Assembly: GCA_949288065.1 (NCBI GenBank)
Contig: CASEIL010000005.1
Coordinates: 53,239 to 117,238 of the forward strand
Source: an uncultured Phascolarctobacterium sp.
Lineage (GTDB): Bacteria; Bacillota; Negativicutes; Acidaminococcales; Acidaminococcaceae
Direction of reading: 5' to 3'
Length of the DNA: 64,000 bases
Under the pieces are notes generated by a model. That model saw nothing but the letters and a program-made list of their open reading frames with translations, did not search any database and had not been told where the DNA came from. Below are positions 18,088 to 28,457 of the stretch, piece by piece. The number at the start of each line of letters is the position of its first letter. The first letter of the stretch is position 1. The translations under genes were made by a program, and so were the position numbers.

Positions 18088-19061
18088 ACCACGCCCTGGC
18101 GGACAAGGTCTGTCATGTGCAGGAGGCCGATAACATGGTTTTCAGCATCGACTACCGGCAGAACGGTAATCGGTTTGGGGCGGTTGCTTTCCATGATATG
18201 CAGCGCCTGCGCGGCGAGCTTATCCTTAGTGATAGTTTTGGGGCTGGCGGTCATCAGCTCCGTAACCGGGCGTTTTAAAAAGTCCACGCCCTTGCTCAGC
18301 CCGCGGCGGATGTCGCCGTCGGTGAGCACGCCCAGCATTTTGCCCTCGCCGTCCACAACGGAAACAGCGCCGAGCCCTTTATCGGTAATAACAAAAAGTG
18401 CTTCCTGCACGCTGAGGTCAGCCTTAACCAGCGGGTTCTCGTCGCCGCTGTGCATAATGTCCTCAACGGTTAAGAGCAGCCTGCGCCCAAGCGAGCCGCC
18501 CGGATGGAATACTGCAAACTGGCTGGCGGTAAATTTACGTTTGGAAAGCAGCGCCAGTGCCAGCGCATCGCCAAAGGCCAGCGCCGCCGTGGTGCTCGAG
18601 GTCGGCGCAAGCCCCAGCGGGCAGGCTTCGCGGCTGACGCCCACGTTCAGCACAATATCCGAATTTTTGGCCAGCGTGGAATTGGGGTTGCCAACCATGG
18701 CAATCAGCTTCGCACCAATCCTGCGCAGCGAAGGCAGAATGTGCAGCACTTCGCCCGTTTCGCCGCTGTTAGAAAGCGCGATAACAACGTCGCCCTCCGT
18801 AACCATGCCCAAATCGCCGTGAATGCCCTCGGCCGGGTGCAGGTAAAACGAAGGCGTGCCGGTGCTGGCCAGCGTGGCCGCCATTTTACGCCCGATAATG
18901 CCGGATTTGCCCATGCCGGTAATAACCGTGCGCCCCGGGCAGGCAATAATCATTTCCACTGCGGCCTTAAAATGTTCATCTATGCGTTCAACCTGTTCCA
19001 AAACGGCTTCCGCCTCCAAACGCAGCACCTGCCGCGCCTGTTCCAGCATTGTATCTTCCAT
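18084..19061 (-). CDS. kdsD: Arabinose 5-phosphate isomerase (KpsF/GutQ, SIS+CBS)
   Basis: GMGKSG, HGDLG, APTSSTT, HPGG. Confidence 0.96.
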   Translation of the reverse strand: MEDTMLEQARQVLRLEAEAVLEQVERIDEHFKAAVEMIIACPGRTVITGMGKSGIIGRKMAATLASTGTPSFYLHPAEGIHGDLGMVTEGDVVIALSNSGETGEVLHILPSLRRIGAKLIAMVGNPNSTLAKNSDIVLNVGVSREACPLGLAPTSSTTAALAFGDALALALLSKRKFTASQFAVFHPGGSLGRRLLLTVEDIMHSGDENPLVKADLSVQEALFVITDKGLGAVSVVDGEGKMLGVLTDGDIRRGLSKGVDFLKRPVTELMTASPKTITKDKLAAQALHIMESNRPKPITVLPVVDAENHVIGLLHMTDLVRQGVV

Positions 19062-19088
19062 CAGGAAATCACTCCTTTAAAATCCGCG

Positions 19089-19907
19089 TCAGCCGCGGAC
19101 GATTTTATCTATTGCCAAAACGTCTTTTAAAAGTGCTTCAAGGTCGTCCAGCTTAACCATGTTTGGCCCGTCGGAAAGCGCTTCGGCAGGGTTGTCGTGC
19201 ACCTCTAAAAACAGTGCGTCGATGCCCACAGCCGCCGCTGCCCTTGCCATGTGCGGCACATACTGGCTCTGCCCGCCGGAGGAAGTGCCCTGCCCGCCGG
19301 GAATCTGCACGCTGTGCGTAGCGTCCATCACTACCGGGTAGCCCAGCTCGCGCATAATCGCAAGACCGCGCATATCCGTTACCAGCGTGTTGTAGCCAAA
19401 GCTGGCGCCGCGCTCGGTAAGCATAATGTTTTTGTTGCCGCTTTCTTCAATTTTTTTAATTACGTTTTTCATATCCCACGGCGCAAGGAACTGGCCTTTT
19501 TTAACATTAACCGTTCTGCCCGTTTTGCCTGCGGCGTAAACCAAATCCGTCTGGCGGCACAAAAAGGCGGGAATCTGCAAAATATCTGCCACTTCGGCGG
19601 CAGGCTCAACCTGACAGGTTTCGTGCACGTCGGTTACAATGGGCACGCCCAAATCCTTTTTAATCTGCGCTAAAATGGCAAGTCCTTCCTTTAAGCCCGG
19701 CCCGCGGAAGGAGCTGTAAGAAGAACGGTTTGCCTTATCGTAGGACGCCTTAAACACATAGGGCATGCCCAGCTTATCGGCAATAGCCTTGGCGCGTTTG
19801 CCAATCATCAGGCTGCGCTCGTAGCCCTCCAAAACGCAGGGGCCTGCCAGCAGCACCATCGGGTGCCCCTGGCCAACTTTATAATCGCCAACTGTTACTA
19901 TATTCAT
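19089..19907 (-). CDS. kdsA: KDO 8-phosphate synthase
   Basis: [29 protein letters not shown]. Confidence 0.97.
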   Translation of the reverse strand: MNIVTVGDYKVGQGHPMVLLAGPCVLEGYERSLMIGKRAKAIADKLGMPYVFKASYDKANRSSYSSFRGPGLKEGLAILAQIKKDLGVPIVTDVHETCQVEPAAEVADILQIPAFLCRQTDLVYAAGKTGRTVNVKKGQFLAPWDMKNVIKKIEESGNKNIMLTERGASFGYNTLVTDMRGLAIMRELGYPVVMDATHSVQIPGGQGTSSGGQSQYVPHMARAAAAVGIDALFLEVHDNPAEALSDGPNMVKLDDLEALLKDVLAIDKIVRG

Positions 19908-19943
19908 GTCTGCCTCCTTTACAGGTCACTCAATTTTTAATGT

Positions 19944-20678
19944 TTATTCGTTTTTAGCTGCCAGCAGCCTGTTAATGGCTTCCAAATCCTCCGGCGTATC
20001 AATGCCGATGCCCTGAAAATCGCTGTCCAGCACTTTAATTTTATAGCCGTTCTGCAAAGCGCGCAGCTGCTCAAGGCCTTCCACCTGCTCCAGCATTGTC
20101 GGCTCCAGCGCGGCGTATTGCAGCAAAAAGTCGCGGCGGTAAGCGTACACGCCCACATGCTTAAACACCTTTGCTCCCTCAATGGTGTTGCGCGGGTAAG
20201 GTATTAAGCTGCGCGAAAAATACAGCGCATAACCGTTGTCGTCCGTTACAACTTTTACAGCAGCAGGGTCGTTGTATTCGCTTTCCTTCATCGGCACTTT
20301 AACGGTTGCCATTTTCAACTCGTCGTTCCCGTCAAAGGCTTTCGCCAGACGGTCGATAATATCCGGGTCAATCATCGGCTCATCGCCCTGCACGTTAATA
20401 ATAACGTCCACATCCGGATACTGCATGGCTACCTCCGCCAGGCGGTCAGTGCCGCTCGGATGGTCGGGCGAGGTCATCACGGCCTTGCCGCCGAAAGCGG
20501 TTACGGTGTCAAACACCTTCTCGTTGTCGGTGGCAACAATAACGTCGTCCGGCTCTTTGGCCTCGCAGGCGCGCATGTAGGTATGCTGAATCATCGGCTT
20601 ACCGGCAATCAGCGCCAGCGGCTTGCCCGGCAAACGGGTGGAAGCATAACGCGCCGGAATTACACATAAAACCTTCAT
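19944..20678 (-). CDS. kdsB: CMP-KDO synthetase
   Basis: IPARYASTRLPGKPL, NVQGDEP, LEQLRAL. Confidence 0.97.
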   Translation of the reverse strand: MKVLCVIPARYASTRLPGKPLALIAGKPMIQHTYMRACEAKEPDDVIVATDNEKVFDTVTAFGGKAVMTSPDHPSGTDRLAEVAMQYPDVDVIINVQGDEPMIDPDIIDRLAKAFDGNDELKMATVKVPMKESEYNDPAAVKVVTDDNGYALYFSRSLIPYPRNTIEGAKVFKHVGVYAYRRDFLLQYAALEPTMLEQVEGLEQLRALQNGYKIKVLDSDFQGIGIDTPEDLEAINRLLAAKNE

Positions 20679-23203
20679 TGCTTTTTCGTCTCCTTCTGGA
20701 TGGAAGCGCAAATGGCTTGTTCAAACAGCTCCTGCCCTTCCGTAATCATAATATCCATGTTTAATATGTACAGCGGTAAATCCCTGTTGAAGTAAATAAA
20801 TTCCGTCGGGATTTTTACCGCGTCCTTAGCGGTAGTAATCAGCGCCACGGCTTCTTTGCTGGCCGCGCGCTCGCTGATGTACTGCATTTCAATCATGCCG
20901 TAATCGTGGTGGTCAGGGTAGCGGATGGCTTCCAGAATGTCAAGCCCGATGCCTGCCAGCGTCTGCTCGAAGGAGGACGGGTTGCCGATTGCGGAGAATA
21001 CCATAACCTTTTTGCCTTCCAGCGTGGAAAGCTCCAGCGTGTTTTCGTGGATGCCCTTATACCAGTCGGCAATTTCCACAAAGTTTTTCGGGTGGTGGAT
21101 ACTTTCAATAACCGGCGCCTTGCTGTTATATTTAGCCAGCGTTTTGCGCAGGTTAATGCGGCTGAACTGCGAGCTCTGGTCCGTTTTGGTTAAGAGGAAA
21201 AGCCCCGCCCTGTCGAGATGCTTTAACGGCTCGCGCAGGGTGCCGCGCGGCAGCAGGCTGCCGTTGCCAAACATATTGTAGGTATCTACCAACACCACGT
21301 CCAAATCGCGGTACAGGTGCCAGTGCTGGTAGCCGTCGTCCATAATAATAACTTCGGCGTTTAATTTATCAACGGCATACTGGCCGGTAACGGCACGGTT
21401 TTTACCGATGATAACGGGAATGCCGGGCAGCGTTTTTGCCATTAAGTAGGCTTCGTCGCCTGCCTCATACGCCGTCATAAAAATCTTTTTGCCGTCGCTG
21501 ACAACGCCAAGCTCCTTATCCCAGTGGCTGCGGTAGCCGCGGTTCAGGATAACGACGCGGTAGCCCATATTTTTAATCATAGCAGCAACCTTTTGCGCGG
21601 TAGGCGTTTTGCCCGTGCCGCCAACGGTAATGTTGCCGATGGAAATTACGCAGCAATCCAGCTTTTTCTGCTGGAAGAAGCCCACATTATACAGCCACAG
21701 CTTGCTGCATACGCCAAACTCGTATAAGAAGGAGAAGAAACGCAGCACAAACAGCAGCACATTGCCCAAAAGCGAAATTTTAGGTCCGTGTACCAGCTGA
21801 TACACATACTGAATAATAAAATCGCCATGGCGCAGGCTGATGCCGCCGTCGTCCTTCAAATTGCGGATATTGGTCGGGTAGCGGGTCATAATGGTGGCGG
21901 GCACCGTGGTAATGCGCAGCAAATCCTCTAAATATTCAATGCTGCGCACGGCAGCGCCGCGGTTTTCCTTAATAACCTGCAACGAAGCAGCGCCCATTTT
22001 AGCGCGGCGTTCATCATTTTTAACAATATCCAGCAGCTCTTTGGTAAGCTCCGGCACGCCGCTAACCATTTTGCACGCGCCAACCTTACTCAAAAGCGAA
22101 TAAGAATCCTTAAAGTTCTGCATGCTGGGGCCAACCAGAATCGGTTTGGCGTGCGCGGCAGGCTCCAGCACGTTGTGGCCGCCGTGGTTAATCAGCGAGC
22201 CGCCGACAAATACCACGTCGCCGACGGAGTAAATGCGTCCCAGCTCACCAATGGTGTCGATAACCAGCACCGGGTAGTGCGGACGCGCGCCGTCAATCTT
22301 TAAAAGTTTGGAGCGCAAACCTGCATCGTAACCAAAATTGCCAACCAAACGCACAATCTCGTTGGTGCGTTCCGGCTTACGCGGGGCAATAACCAGGCGT
22401 GCGTCGGGGTAAATTTCACGAATTGTTTTAAAGGCTTCCAGCATCGCCTTTTCTTCGCTGGGGTGGGTGGAACCGGCTACAATAACCGGGTAAGCGCCTT
22501 CAATGCCCAGCTCTTTTTTATAATTGTCCAAATCCTGCTGCGTTACTTCGGCATAAGTCTGGTCAAACTTGGTGTTGCCGGTAACAAAAATTTTGCTGGT
22601 ATCTGCGCCCAAATGGCGGATATAATCAGCGTCGATGCTGGACTGCATGCAGAAACGGCTTACCGTGTTCAGCATATCGTCCCAAATGCCCAGCAAATAC
22701 CGATAAGTTTTAACGGATTTTTCGGAAATACGGCCGTTAACCATCATAACGGGAATGTTGCGCTCGCGCAGGGCACGCAACAGGAGCGGCCACAGTTCGG
22801 TTTCTACCGGCATAAAAATACGCGGGCGGATGCGTTTAACAACGGATTCCGACACAAACGGCAAATCCAGCGGGAAGTAAATAATGGCGTCCGCTTCGGG
22901 GATAATCTGGTGCGCCATATCGTAGCCGCCTACCGTAACCGCCGATACTAAAATCGGTATATCCGGCATTGCCTTGCGGATTTCCTTAACCAGCGGGCTG
23001 GTAGCAACAATTTCACCGACAGAGGCGCCGTGAATCCAGATGCAGCCCTTCTGGGCAACGGCTTCTATTTCTTCATCGTGCAAAAAGCCGAGGCTCTGGC
23101 GCAGCCTTTTGGTAAAGCCCTTCTCGCAGATAGAGCGGTAAATAAAATACGGCATTACCAGGAAAAACGCGCCAATCATTAATAAATTATAAATTATATA
23201 CAT
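20675..23203 (-). CDS. lpxK: Fused KDO transferase (WaaA) - tetraacyldisaccharide 4'-kinase (LpxK)
   Basis: N-half WIHGASVGE, ETELWP, GGHNVLEPA; C-half GNITVGGTGKTP, GDEA, MDDGYQH, LREP, YPDHH. Confidence 0.93.
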   Translation of the reverse strand: MYIIYNLLMIGAFFLVMPYFIYRSICEKGFTKRLRQSLGFLHDEEIEAVAQKGCIWIHGASVGEIVATSPLVKEIRKAMPDIPILVSAVTVGGYDMAHQIIPEADAIIYFPLDLPFVSESVVKRIRPRIFMPVETELWPLLLRALRERNIPVMMVNGRISEKSVKTYRYLLGIWDDMLNTVSRFCMQSSIDADYIRHLGADTSKIFVTGNTKFDQTYAEVTQQDLDNYKKELGIEGAYPVIVAGSTHPSEEKAMLEAFKTIREIYPDARLVIAPRKPERTNEIVRLVGNFGYDAGLRSKLLKIDGARPHYPVLVIDTIGELGRIYSVGDVVFVGGSLINHGGHNVLEPAAHAKPILVGPSMQNFKDSYSLLSKVGACKMVSGVPELTKELLDIVKNDERRAKMGAASLQVIKENRGAAVRSIEYLEDLLRITTVPATIMTRYPTNIRNLKDDGGISLRHGDFIIQYVYQLVHGPKISLLGNVLLFVLRFFSFLYEFGVCSKLWLYNVGFFQQKKLDCCVISIGNITVGGTGKTPTAQKVAAMIKNMGYRVVILNRGYRSHWDKELGVVSDGKKIFMTAYEAGDEAYLMAKTLPGIPVIIGKNRAVTGQYAVDKLNAEVIIMDDGYQHWHLYRDLDVVLVDTYNMFGNGSLLPRGTLREPLKHLDRAGLFLLTKTDQSSQFSRINLRKTLAKYNSKAPVIESIHHPKNFVEIADWYKGIHENTLELSTLEGKKVMVFSAIGNPSSFEQTLAGIGLDILEAIRYPDHHDYGMIEMQYISERAASKEAVALITTAKDAVKIPTEFIYFNRDLPLYILNMDIMITEGQELFEQAICASIQKETKKQ

Positions 23204-23212
23204 CGGCTAACC

Positions 23213-24946
23213 TCATTTCGTTTCCTTGTTGCGGTACTGAATCTGGTAAAGATGGGCATAGAGCCCGTTTTGCGCCAAAAGCTCGTCGTGCGTGCCGGTT
23301 TCCACCAGCGCGCCGTGCTCCAGCACAAGTATTTTATCGGCGTTTTTAATGGTTGAAAGCCTGTGCGCGATAACAAAGCTGGTTCTGCCAATCATCAGGC
23401 GGTCCAGCGCCTCCTGTACCACGCGCTCGCTTTCGGTATCCAGCGCCGAGGTTGCTTCGTCCAAAATCAAAATGCGCGGGTTTTTAAGTATTGCCCGGGC
23501 AATAGCAATGCGCTGGCGCTGCCCGCCGCTGATGTTTACGCCGCGGTCGCCCAGCATGGTGGCATAGCCTTGCGGCAGCTGGCGGATGAATTCATCGGCG
23601 TTAGCCGCTTTGGCAGCCGCATAAACCTCTTCCTCGGTGGCATCCAGCCTGCCGTATAAAATGTTATCATACACGCTGCCGTTAAACAGCATGGTTTCCT
23701 GCGGCACAATGCCCACCTGCCCGCGCAGGGAATCCAGCGTAATATCCTTTATGCTGTAACCGTCGATGCGGATATCGCCGCCCGTAACGTCGTAAAAACG
23801 CGGCAGCAGGCTGGCAATGGTAGATTTGCCTGCGCCGGACGGACCGACGATAGCCGTTACCTCACCAGGGTTAACCGTAAAGGAAAGGCCGTTTAAAACC
23901 TCTTCCTCTGGGTTGTAGCTGAATTTTACGTTATCAAACTCAACCTTGCCCTGTACCGGCGGCAATACCTTCGCATTAGGCAGCTCCTTAATATCCTCCG
24001 GCAAATCCAGCACGCCGAACACGCGGTCGCCTGCGGCCAGCGCCTGCTGAATGCTGGCGGCAACTTTAGTTAAGCGCTTGATAGGGTTAGCAATATTAAC
24101 CGCATAAGTTAAAAACGCAACCAGCGCACCGGCGGTAATATCGCCGTCGATAACGCTGCGCCCGCCGTACCACATAACAATGGTTACGCCAACAGCTGCC
24201 ACAAACTCAACCACAGGCGTCAGCAGCGAATTGAGCTTGATGTTTTTCATATTTGCATAAAAGTTTTCTCTGTTCTGATTATCAAATTTTTTAGTTTCAT
24301 AATCTTCGCGCACGAATGATTTAATAACGCGCGCCGAAGAAACGCACTCCTGCAACACAGAAGTCAGTTCCGCCGTGCAGGCCTGAATTTCACCGCCATT
24401 TCTGCGGATTTTTTTACCAAAATAATCCATGCACCACAGCACTGCCGGGAAGGTGCAGAAGGTGAACAGCGTCAGCTTCCAGTCCAGCCACAGCATAGCC
24501 GCAATACTGCCCACTAAAATTAAACCCTCAGTAACAAATTCTACTGCCTTGTCAACCATCGCCGTCTGCATAGCAGCAACGTCGTTAGTAACATAGCTCA
24601 TAATGGTGCCGGTTTTGTTTTTATCGTAAAAGGACATGCTTAAACGCTGCAATTTACGGAAAATATCGCCGCGCACGTCGATAACAACCTTCTGCCCCAC
24701 CCAGCTCATCAAATAACTCTGTCCGTAAAAGAAAATGCCGCGGACGATAAATACAATAACGATACTGGCAGCAATGTAATTAAGCATTACCGTATCTTTA
24801 TCAACCAAAACCCTGTCGACAACATCTTTAATAATCCACGGCAGGTACAAATTACAGCCTGCCGCCATCATCGTACACAATATAGCAGCGGTTATTCTAA
24901 ACAAATATGGCCTTACATAACTTAACAAACGGAAATATAAACTCAT
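23213..24946 (-). CDS. msbA: Lipid A flippase ABC transporter
   Basis: TMD plus NBD (GPSGAGKST, ISGGQRQR, LDEATSALD); between lpxB and lpxK. Confidence 0.92.
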   Translation of the reverse strand: MSLYFRLLSYVRPYLFRITAAILCTMMAAGCNLYLPWIIKDVVDRVLVDKDTVMLNYIAASIVIVFIVRGIFFYGQSYLMSWVGQKVVIDVRGDIFRKLQRLSMSFYDKNKTGTIMSYVTNDVAAMQTAMVDKAVEFVTEGLILVGSIAAMLWLDWKLTLFTFCTFPAVLWCMDYFGKKIRRNGGEIQACTAELTSVLQECVSSARVIKSFVREDYETKKFDNQNRENFYANMKNIKLNSLLTPVVEFVAAVGVTIVMWYGGRSVIDGDITAGALVAFLTYAVNIANPIKRLTKVAASIQQALAAGDRVFGVLDLPEDIKELPNAKVLPPVQGKVEFDNVKFSYNPEEEVLNGLSFTVNPGEVTAIVGPSGAGKSTIASLLPRFYDVTGGDIRIDGYSIKDITLDSLRGQVGIVPQETMLFNGSVYDNILYGRLDATEEEVYAAAKAANADEFIRQLPQGYATMLGDRGVNISGGQRQRIAIARAILKNPRILILDEATSALDTESERVVQEALDRLMIGRTSFVIAHRLSTIKNADKILVLEHGALVETGTHDELLAQNGLYAHLYQIQYRNKETK

Positions 24947-26079
24947 TTTTTCTCCTTGGCTACGCGGAGTATTAATTCCGCAACTCGGTTTACCGCACCG
25001 GGGGCGCCTAATCTTTCTTTAACGTATGCTAAATCCTGCTTCATCTCGGCGTTGCGTTCAGGCTCCAGCAGATGCAGGGCTTCCGCCGCCGTTTTTTCAG
25101 GCGTAAAATCCTCCTGCAAAAGCTCCGGCAAAATGTGCCTTGCGGCGACGATGTTGGGCAGCCCGATATCGGGGATATTAATAACCCTGCGGGCGATAAA
25201 CGCCGATATGGGCGAGGTGTTATAAACGATAACGCAGCCCAGCCCGCAGAGTGCCGCCTCCAGCGTTACGGTGCCGCTGGTGGCAAGCGCCAAATCGGCA
25301 ACACTCATTACATCATAAATATGCCCTTCCAGAATTTTAACTTCCAGCCCGCTCGCGTTAATCATACCCTCCAGCATTTCTTTAGGTATGGTCGATGCAC
25401 GCGGCATGGCAAAATCAATGTCCGGCTGCTGCTGTTTAATAATTTTGGCTGCGGCAAGCAGCGTGGGCAGCATTTTTTGTATTTCCATCAAACGGCTGCC
25501 AGGCAGCAGTAAAATCAGCCTGCGTCCTTCAGCCTTACCGGCAAAGGCTTCCGCCTCAGCGCGTGGCATGGATGTTTTAACTATATCAATCAGCGGGTGG
25601 CCTACAAACTCCACGTCTGCGCCCGCTTCCTTATAAACGTCGTATTCAAACGGAAAAATCGAGGCAATTTTAGTTACGAGCTTTGCCACCTTCGGCGCAC
25701 GCCCCTTGTTCCACGCCCACGCGGAGGGCGGAATGTAGGAAACAACAGGGATGCCCTTTTCTTTGGCAAGTTTCGCCAGCTTCATGTTAAAACCGGGATA
25801 ATCCACGCTTACAAAGCAGTCGGGCTTACGCTCGTCCATCACTTTGCCAAAATCGCTGCGCAGCTTAAACAGCGCCGGCAGCTTTTTAACAACCTCTATA
25901 AAACCCATTACGCCATGCTCTTTAATGTCAAACAGCACTTCGCCGCCGGCTTCGCGCAGGCAGTCGCCGCCCATGCCGAAGACTTCGCAGTTGGGGTCTA
26001 TTTGTTTCAGCGCCCGTGTTACAGCGGCGGCATGTACATCGCCCGACGCCTCACCGGCAGAAATAAGTATCCTGGCCAT
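24943..26079 (-). CDS. lpxB: Lipid A disaccharide synthase
   Basis: AGEASGD, VDYPGFN, FVGHPL, LPGSR, SGTVTLE. Confidence 0.97.
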   Translation of the reverse strand: MARILISAGEASGDVHAAAVTRALKQIDPNCEVFGMGGDCLREAGGEVLFDIKEHGVMGFIEVVKKLPALFKLRSDFGKVMDERKPDCFVSVDYPGFNMKLAKLAKEKGIPVVSYIPPSAWAWNKGRAPKVAKLVTKIASIFPFEYDVYKEAGADVEFVGHPLIDIVKTSMPRAEAEAFAGKAEGRRLILLLPGSRLMEIQKMLPTLLAAAKIIKQQQPDIDFAMPRASTIPKEMLEGMINASGLEVKILEGHIYDVMSVADLALATSGTVTLEAALCGLGCVIVYNTSPISAFIARRVINIPDIGLPNIVAARHILPELLQEDFTPEKTAAEALHLLEPERNAEMKQDLAYVKERLGAPGAVNRVAELILRVAKEKK

Positions 26080-26195
26080 AACGGTCCCTTTCTTCTATCT
26101 TGTTTAGTTTATTGCATACCAACTCATTATATATTATAACACAAAAAGACCGAACATTAAGTCCGGTCTTGCGTTTTTCTCAATTATTTTTCAAA

Positions 26196-27005
26196 TTATT
26201 TTGCCACAATGGTAATTCCGTGCTCATCAGCAAGCTGAACTACCTTTTCCTGCTCGGTTACAAGGGTATGCCCCGCTTCAATAACCAGCGCCTTGCAGCC
26301 CGATTCAATCATCGACTGAATCGTTTTAGTGCCTACGCCCGGCACGTCAAAGCGGTCGTCCTGCGCAGGCTTCGCCGTTTTGGCAACAACTGCGTCCTTG
26401 CCCAGCTTACCGCCGCGCAAAATGCAGGCGTCGGTGCCTTCAATGGCTTCCACCGCCATCACCGCCAGGTTTTTAACAACCACGGTCTGCCCAATGTCAA
26501 GGCGCCCAATTTCTTTGGCCATTTTGTAGCCAAAGTCCATGTCAGCCAGTTCCTCCGGGGTCGGCTGGCGTTTGGTCAGCACGCCCGGCGCAGGCATTAA
26601 GGGCTTAATTAAATAGGTCTGGTCCATTACATAAATGCCCTCGCCCTCAAGCTCTTTTACAATGGCATTCATAATGGTGTCGTCCTTGCGGTCCGGCACG
26701 GACGACAAAATTTTTATCGCGCGCATATCGGGGATGATTGCGCCCTTTTTATATAAAATTTCTTTTGTAACCTTGCCAATCATGGTTACAATTTCCACGT
26801 TATTCTTTTTTAAGGTTGAAATTATCTTGCCGATTTTACCGATATGAATATCGTAATAAACATCGGCTACTTCCGGCAGCTCCGGGTCAATATCCGGCAC
26901 AACGCCGATAGCCACAATGCGGCAGCCGCGCTCCTTGGCCGATTTTGCCACATCAACCGGCAGATGCCCGATACCGGAAAGAATACCCAGGGTTTCAGTT
27001 TCCAT
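26196..27005 (-). CDS. lpxI: UDP-2,3-diacylglucosamine diphosphatase LpxI
   Basis: LDIGQTVV, AVEAIEGTD, QDDRFDVP. Confidence 0.93.
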   Translation of the reverse strand: METETLGILSGIGHLPVDVAKSAKERGCRIVAIGVVPDIDPELPEVADVYYDIHIGKIGKIISTLKKNNVEIVTMIGKVTKEILYKKGAIIPDMRAIKILSSVPDRKDDTIMNAIVKELEGEGIYVMDQTYLIKPLMPAPGVLTKRQPTPEELADMDFGYKMAKEIGRLDIGQTVVVKNLAVMAVEAIEGTDACILRGGKLGKDAVVAKTAKPAQDDRFDVPGVGTKTIQSMIESGCKALVIEAGHTLVTEQEKVVQLADEHGITIVAK

Positions 27006-27017
27006 CAAGCCACCACC

Positions 27018-27827
27018 TTATTTTTTGGGGGTTCTTAAAATGCCGCGTTCCGCCGTGCGGAGGAAGCGCATTAAATGCTCAACCGGCTCGCAGCTGTTTA
27101 AATCCTGCTCCATGGTGGCAATCGCCTCCTGCAAGGTCAGGCCGCTGCGGTACAAAATACGGAAGGCCTTTTTCAGCTCGCTGCGTTCTTCCTGCGGAAT
27201 ACCTGCGCGCGCAATGCCGACGCTGTTTAAGCCAAAAACATAAGCCGGCTGGCCGGAAACAATCATAAACGGCGGCACATCCTGGTTAACGTGCGCCTGC
27301 CCGCCAATCATGGCATTGCGGCCGATTTTGCAGAACTGGTGCACAGCAGCCAGCCCGCCGATAACGGCGCGGTCCTCAACGGTTACGTGCCCCGCTAAAG
27401 TTGCCACGTTGGACATAATTACATTGTTGCCTACCACGCAGTTATGCGCAACATGCGTATAAGCCATCATCAAAAGGTTGTTGCCGATAATGGTTTTGTT
27501 GCCCTCGCCGGTAGCCCTGTTAACGGTGGTGCATTCACGGAAAATGCAGCCGTCGCCGATAATGGTAGAGCTGTGCTCACCGGCAAATTTTAAATCCTGC
27601 GGCACCGCGCCGATGGAGCAGCCGGGGAAAAACGTGCAGTTTTTGCCCACATAGGTATGCTCGTGAATCATCGCGTGCGGGTAGATTTTGCAGCCGTCGC
27701 CGATAATAACGTCGTCCTCAATAACGGCGTAAGCGCCGATTTCCACGTTCTTGCCGATAACTGCATTCGGGTGCACAATCGCCGTCGGATGGATTTTATG
27801 TACAGGCATAATTACCGAATTCATCAT
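27018..27827 (-). CDS. lpxA: UDP-GlcNAc O-acyltransferase
   Basis: Hexapeptide repeats, PQDLKF, HVAHNC, HQF. Confidence 0.97.
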   Translation of the reverse strand: MMNSVIMPVHKIHPTAIVHPNAVIGKNVEIGAYAVIEDDVIIGDGCKIYPHAMIHEHTYVGKNCTFFPGCSIGAVPQDLKFAGEHSSTIIGDGCIFRECTTVNRATGEGNKTIIGNNLLMMAYTHVAHNCVVGNNVIMSNVATLAGHVTVEDRAVIGGLAAVHQFCKIGRNAMIGGQAHVNQDVPPFMIVSGQPAYVFGLNSVGIARAGIPQEERSELKKAFRILYRSGLTLQEAIATMEQDLNSCEPVEHLMRFLRTAERGILRTPKK

Positions 27828-28016
27828 AATTCACTCCTCAAAATTAACCGCTCATTTTAATCTGCAAACTCTTTATAAACTGATTTGCAACCTAATATTT
27901 ATATTCGCAAACAGTTTTTATTTTTTTACCCTTCAAAATCAGCCGTTATAAGCGGTTAACTGCTAAATGCCGTTGTTTTCTTGTTTTTTCGGCTAATTAC
28001 AACGAATTTTCGTAAA

Positions 28017-28457
28017 TTAATTTTTCGGGTCCATAATGGCAAAGGTGCATTCGCATTCGCAGGCTACCTTGCCGTCAACCCTGCCCTTACATTCGCACAC
28101 GCCCATGTTGCCGCGGATTTTGGTAATAATGGCTTCAGTAATAACCTGGTCGCCGGGGATAATCTGCTTGCGGAAGCGCACGTTGTCAATTTTGCCGAAT
28201 ACGGCAATTTTGCCGCGGTTTTCTTCCGGGTACAGCAGGGCAACGCCGCCAACCTGCGCCATAGCCTCAATCATCAAAACGCCGGGCATAATCGGGTCGC
28301 CGGGGAAATGGCCCAGAAACTGCATTTCATTCATGGTAATATTTTTAATTCCCACTGCGCGCTTCATGGGCTCCAGCTCGATGATGCGGTCTACCAAAAG
28401 CATCGGGTAACGGTGGGGAATAATTTTCTGAATTTCACTTGCTTCTAAAACGGTCAT
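28017..28457 (-). CDS. fabZ: 3-hydroxyacyl-ACP dehydratase
   Basis: PHRYPMLLVD, GHFP..PIMPGVLMIEAMAQ. Confidence 0.97.
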   Translation of the reverse strand: MTVLEASEIQKIIPHRYPMLLVDRIIELEPMKRAVGIKNITMNEMQFLGHFPGDPIMPGVLMIEAMAQVGGVALLYPEENRGKIAVFGKIDNVRFRKQIIPGDQVITEAIITKIRGNMGVCECKGRVDGKVACECECTFAIMDPKN

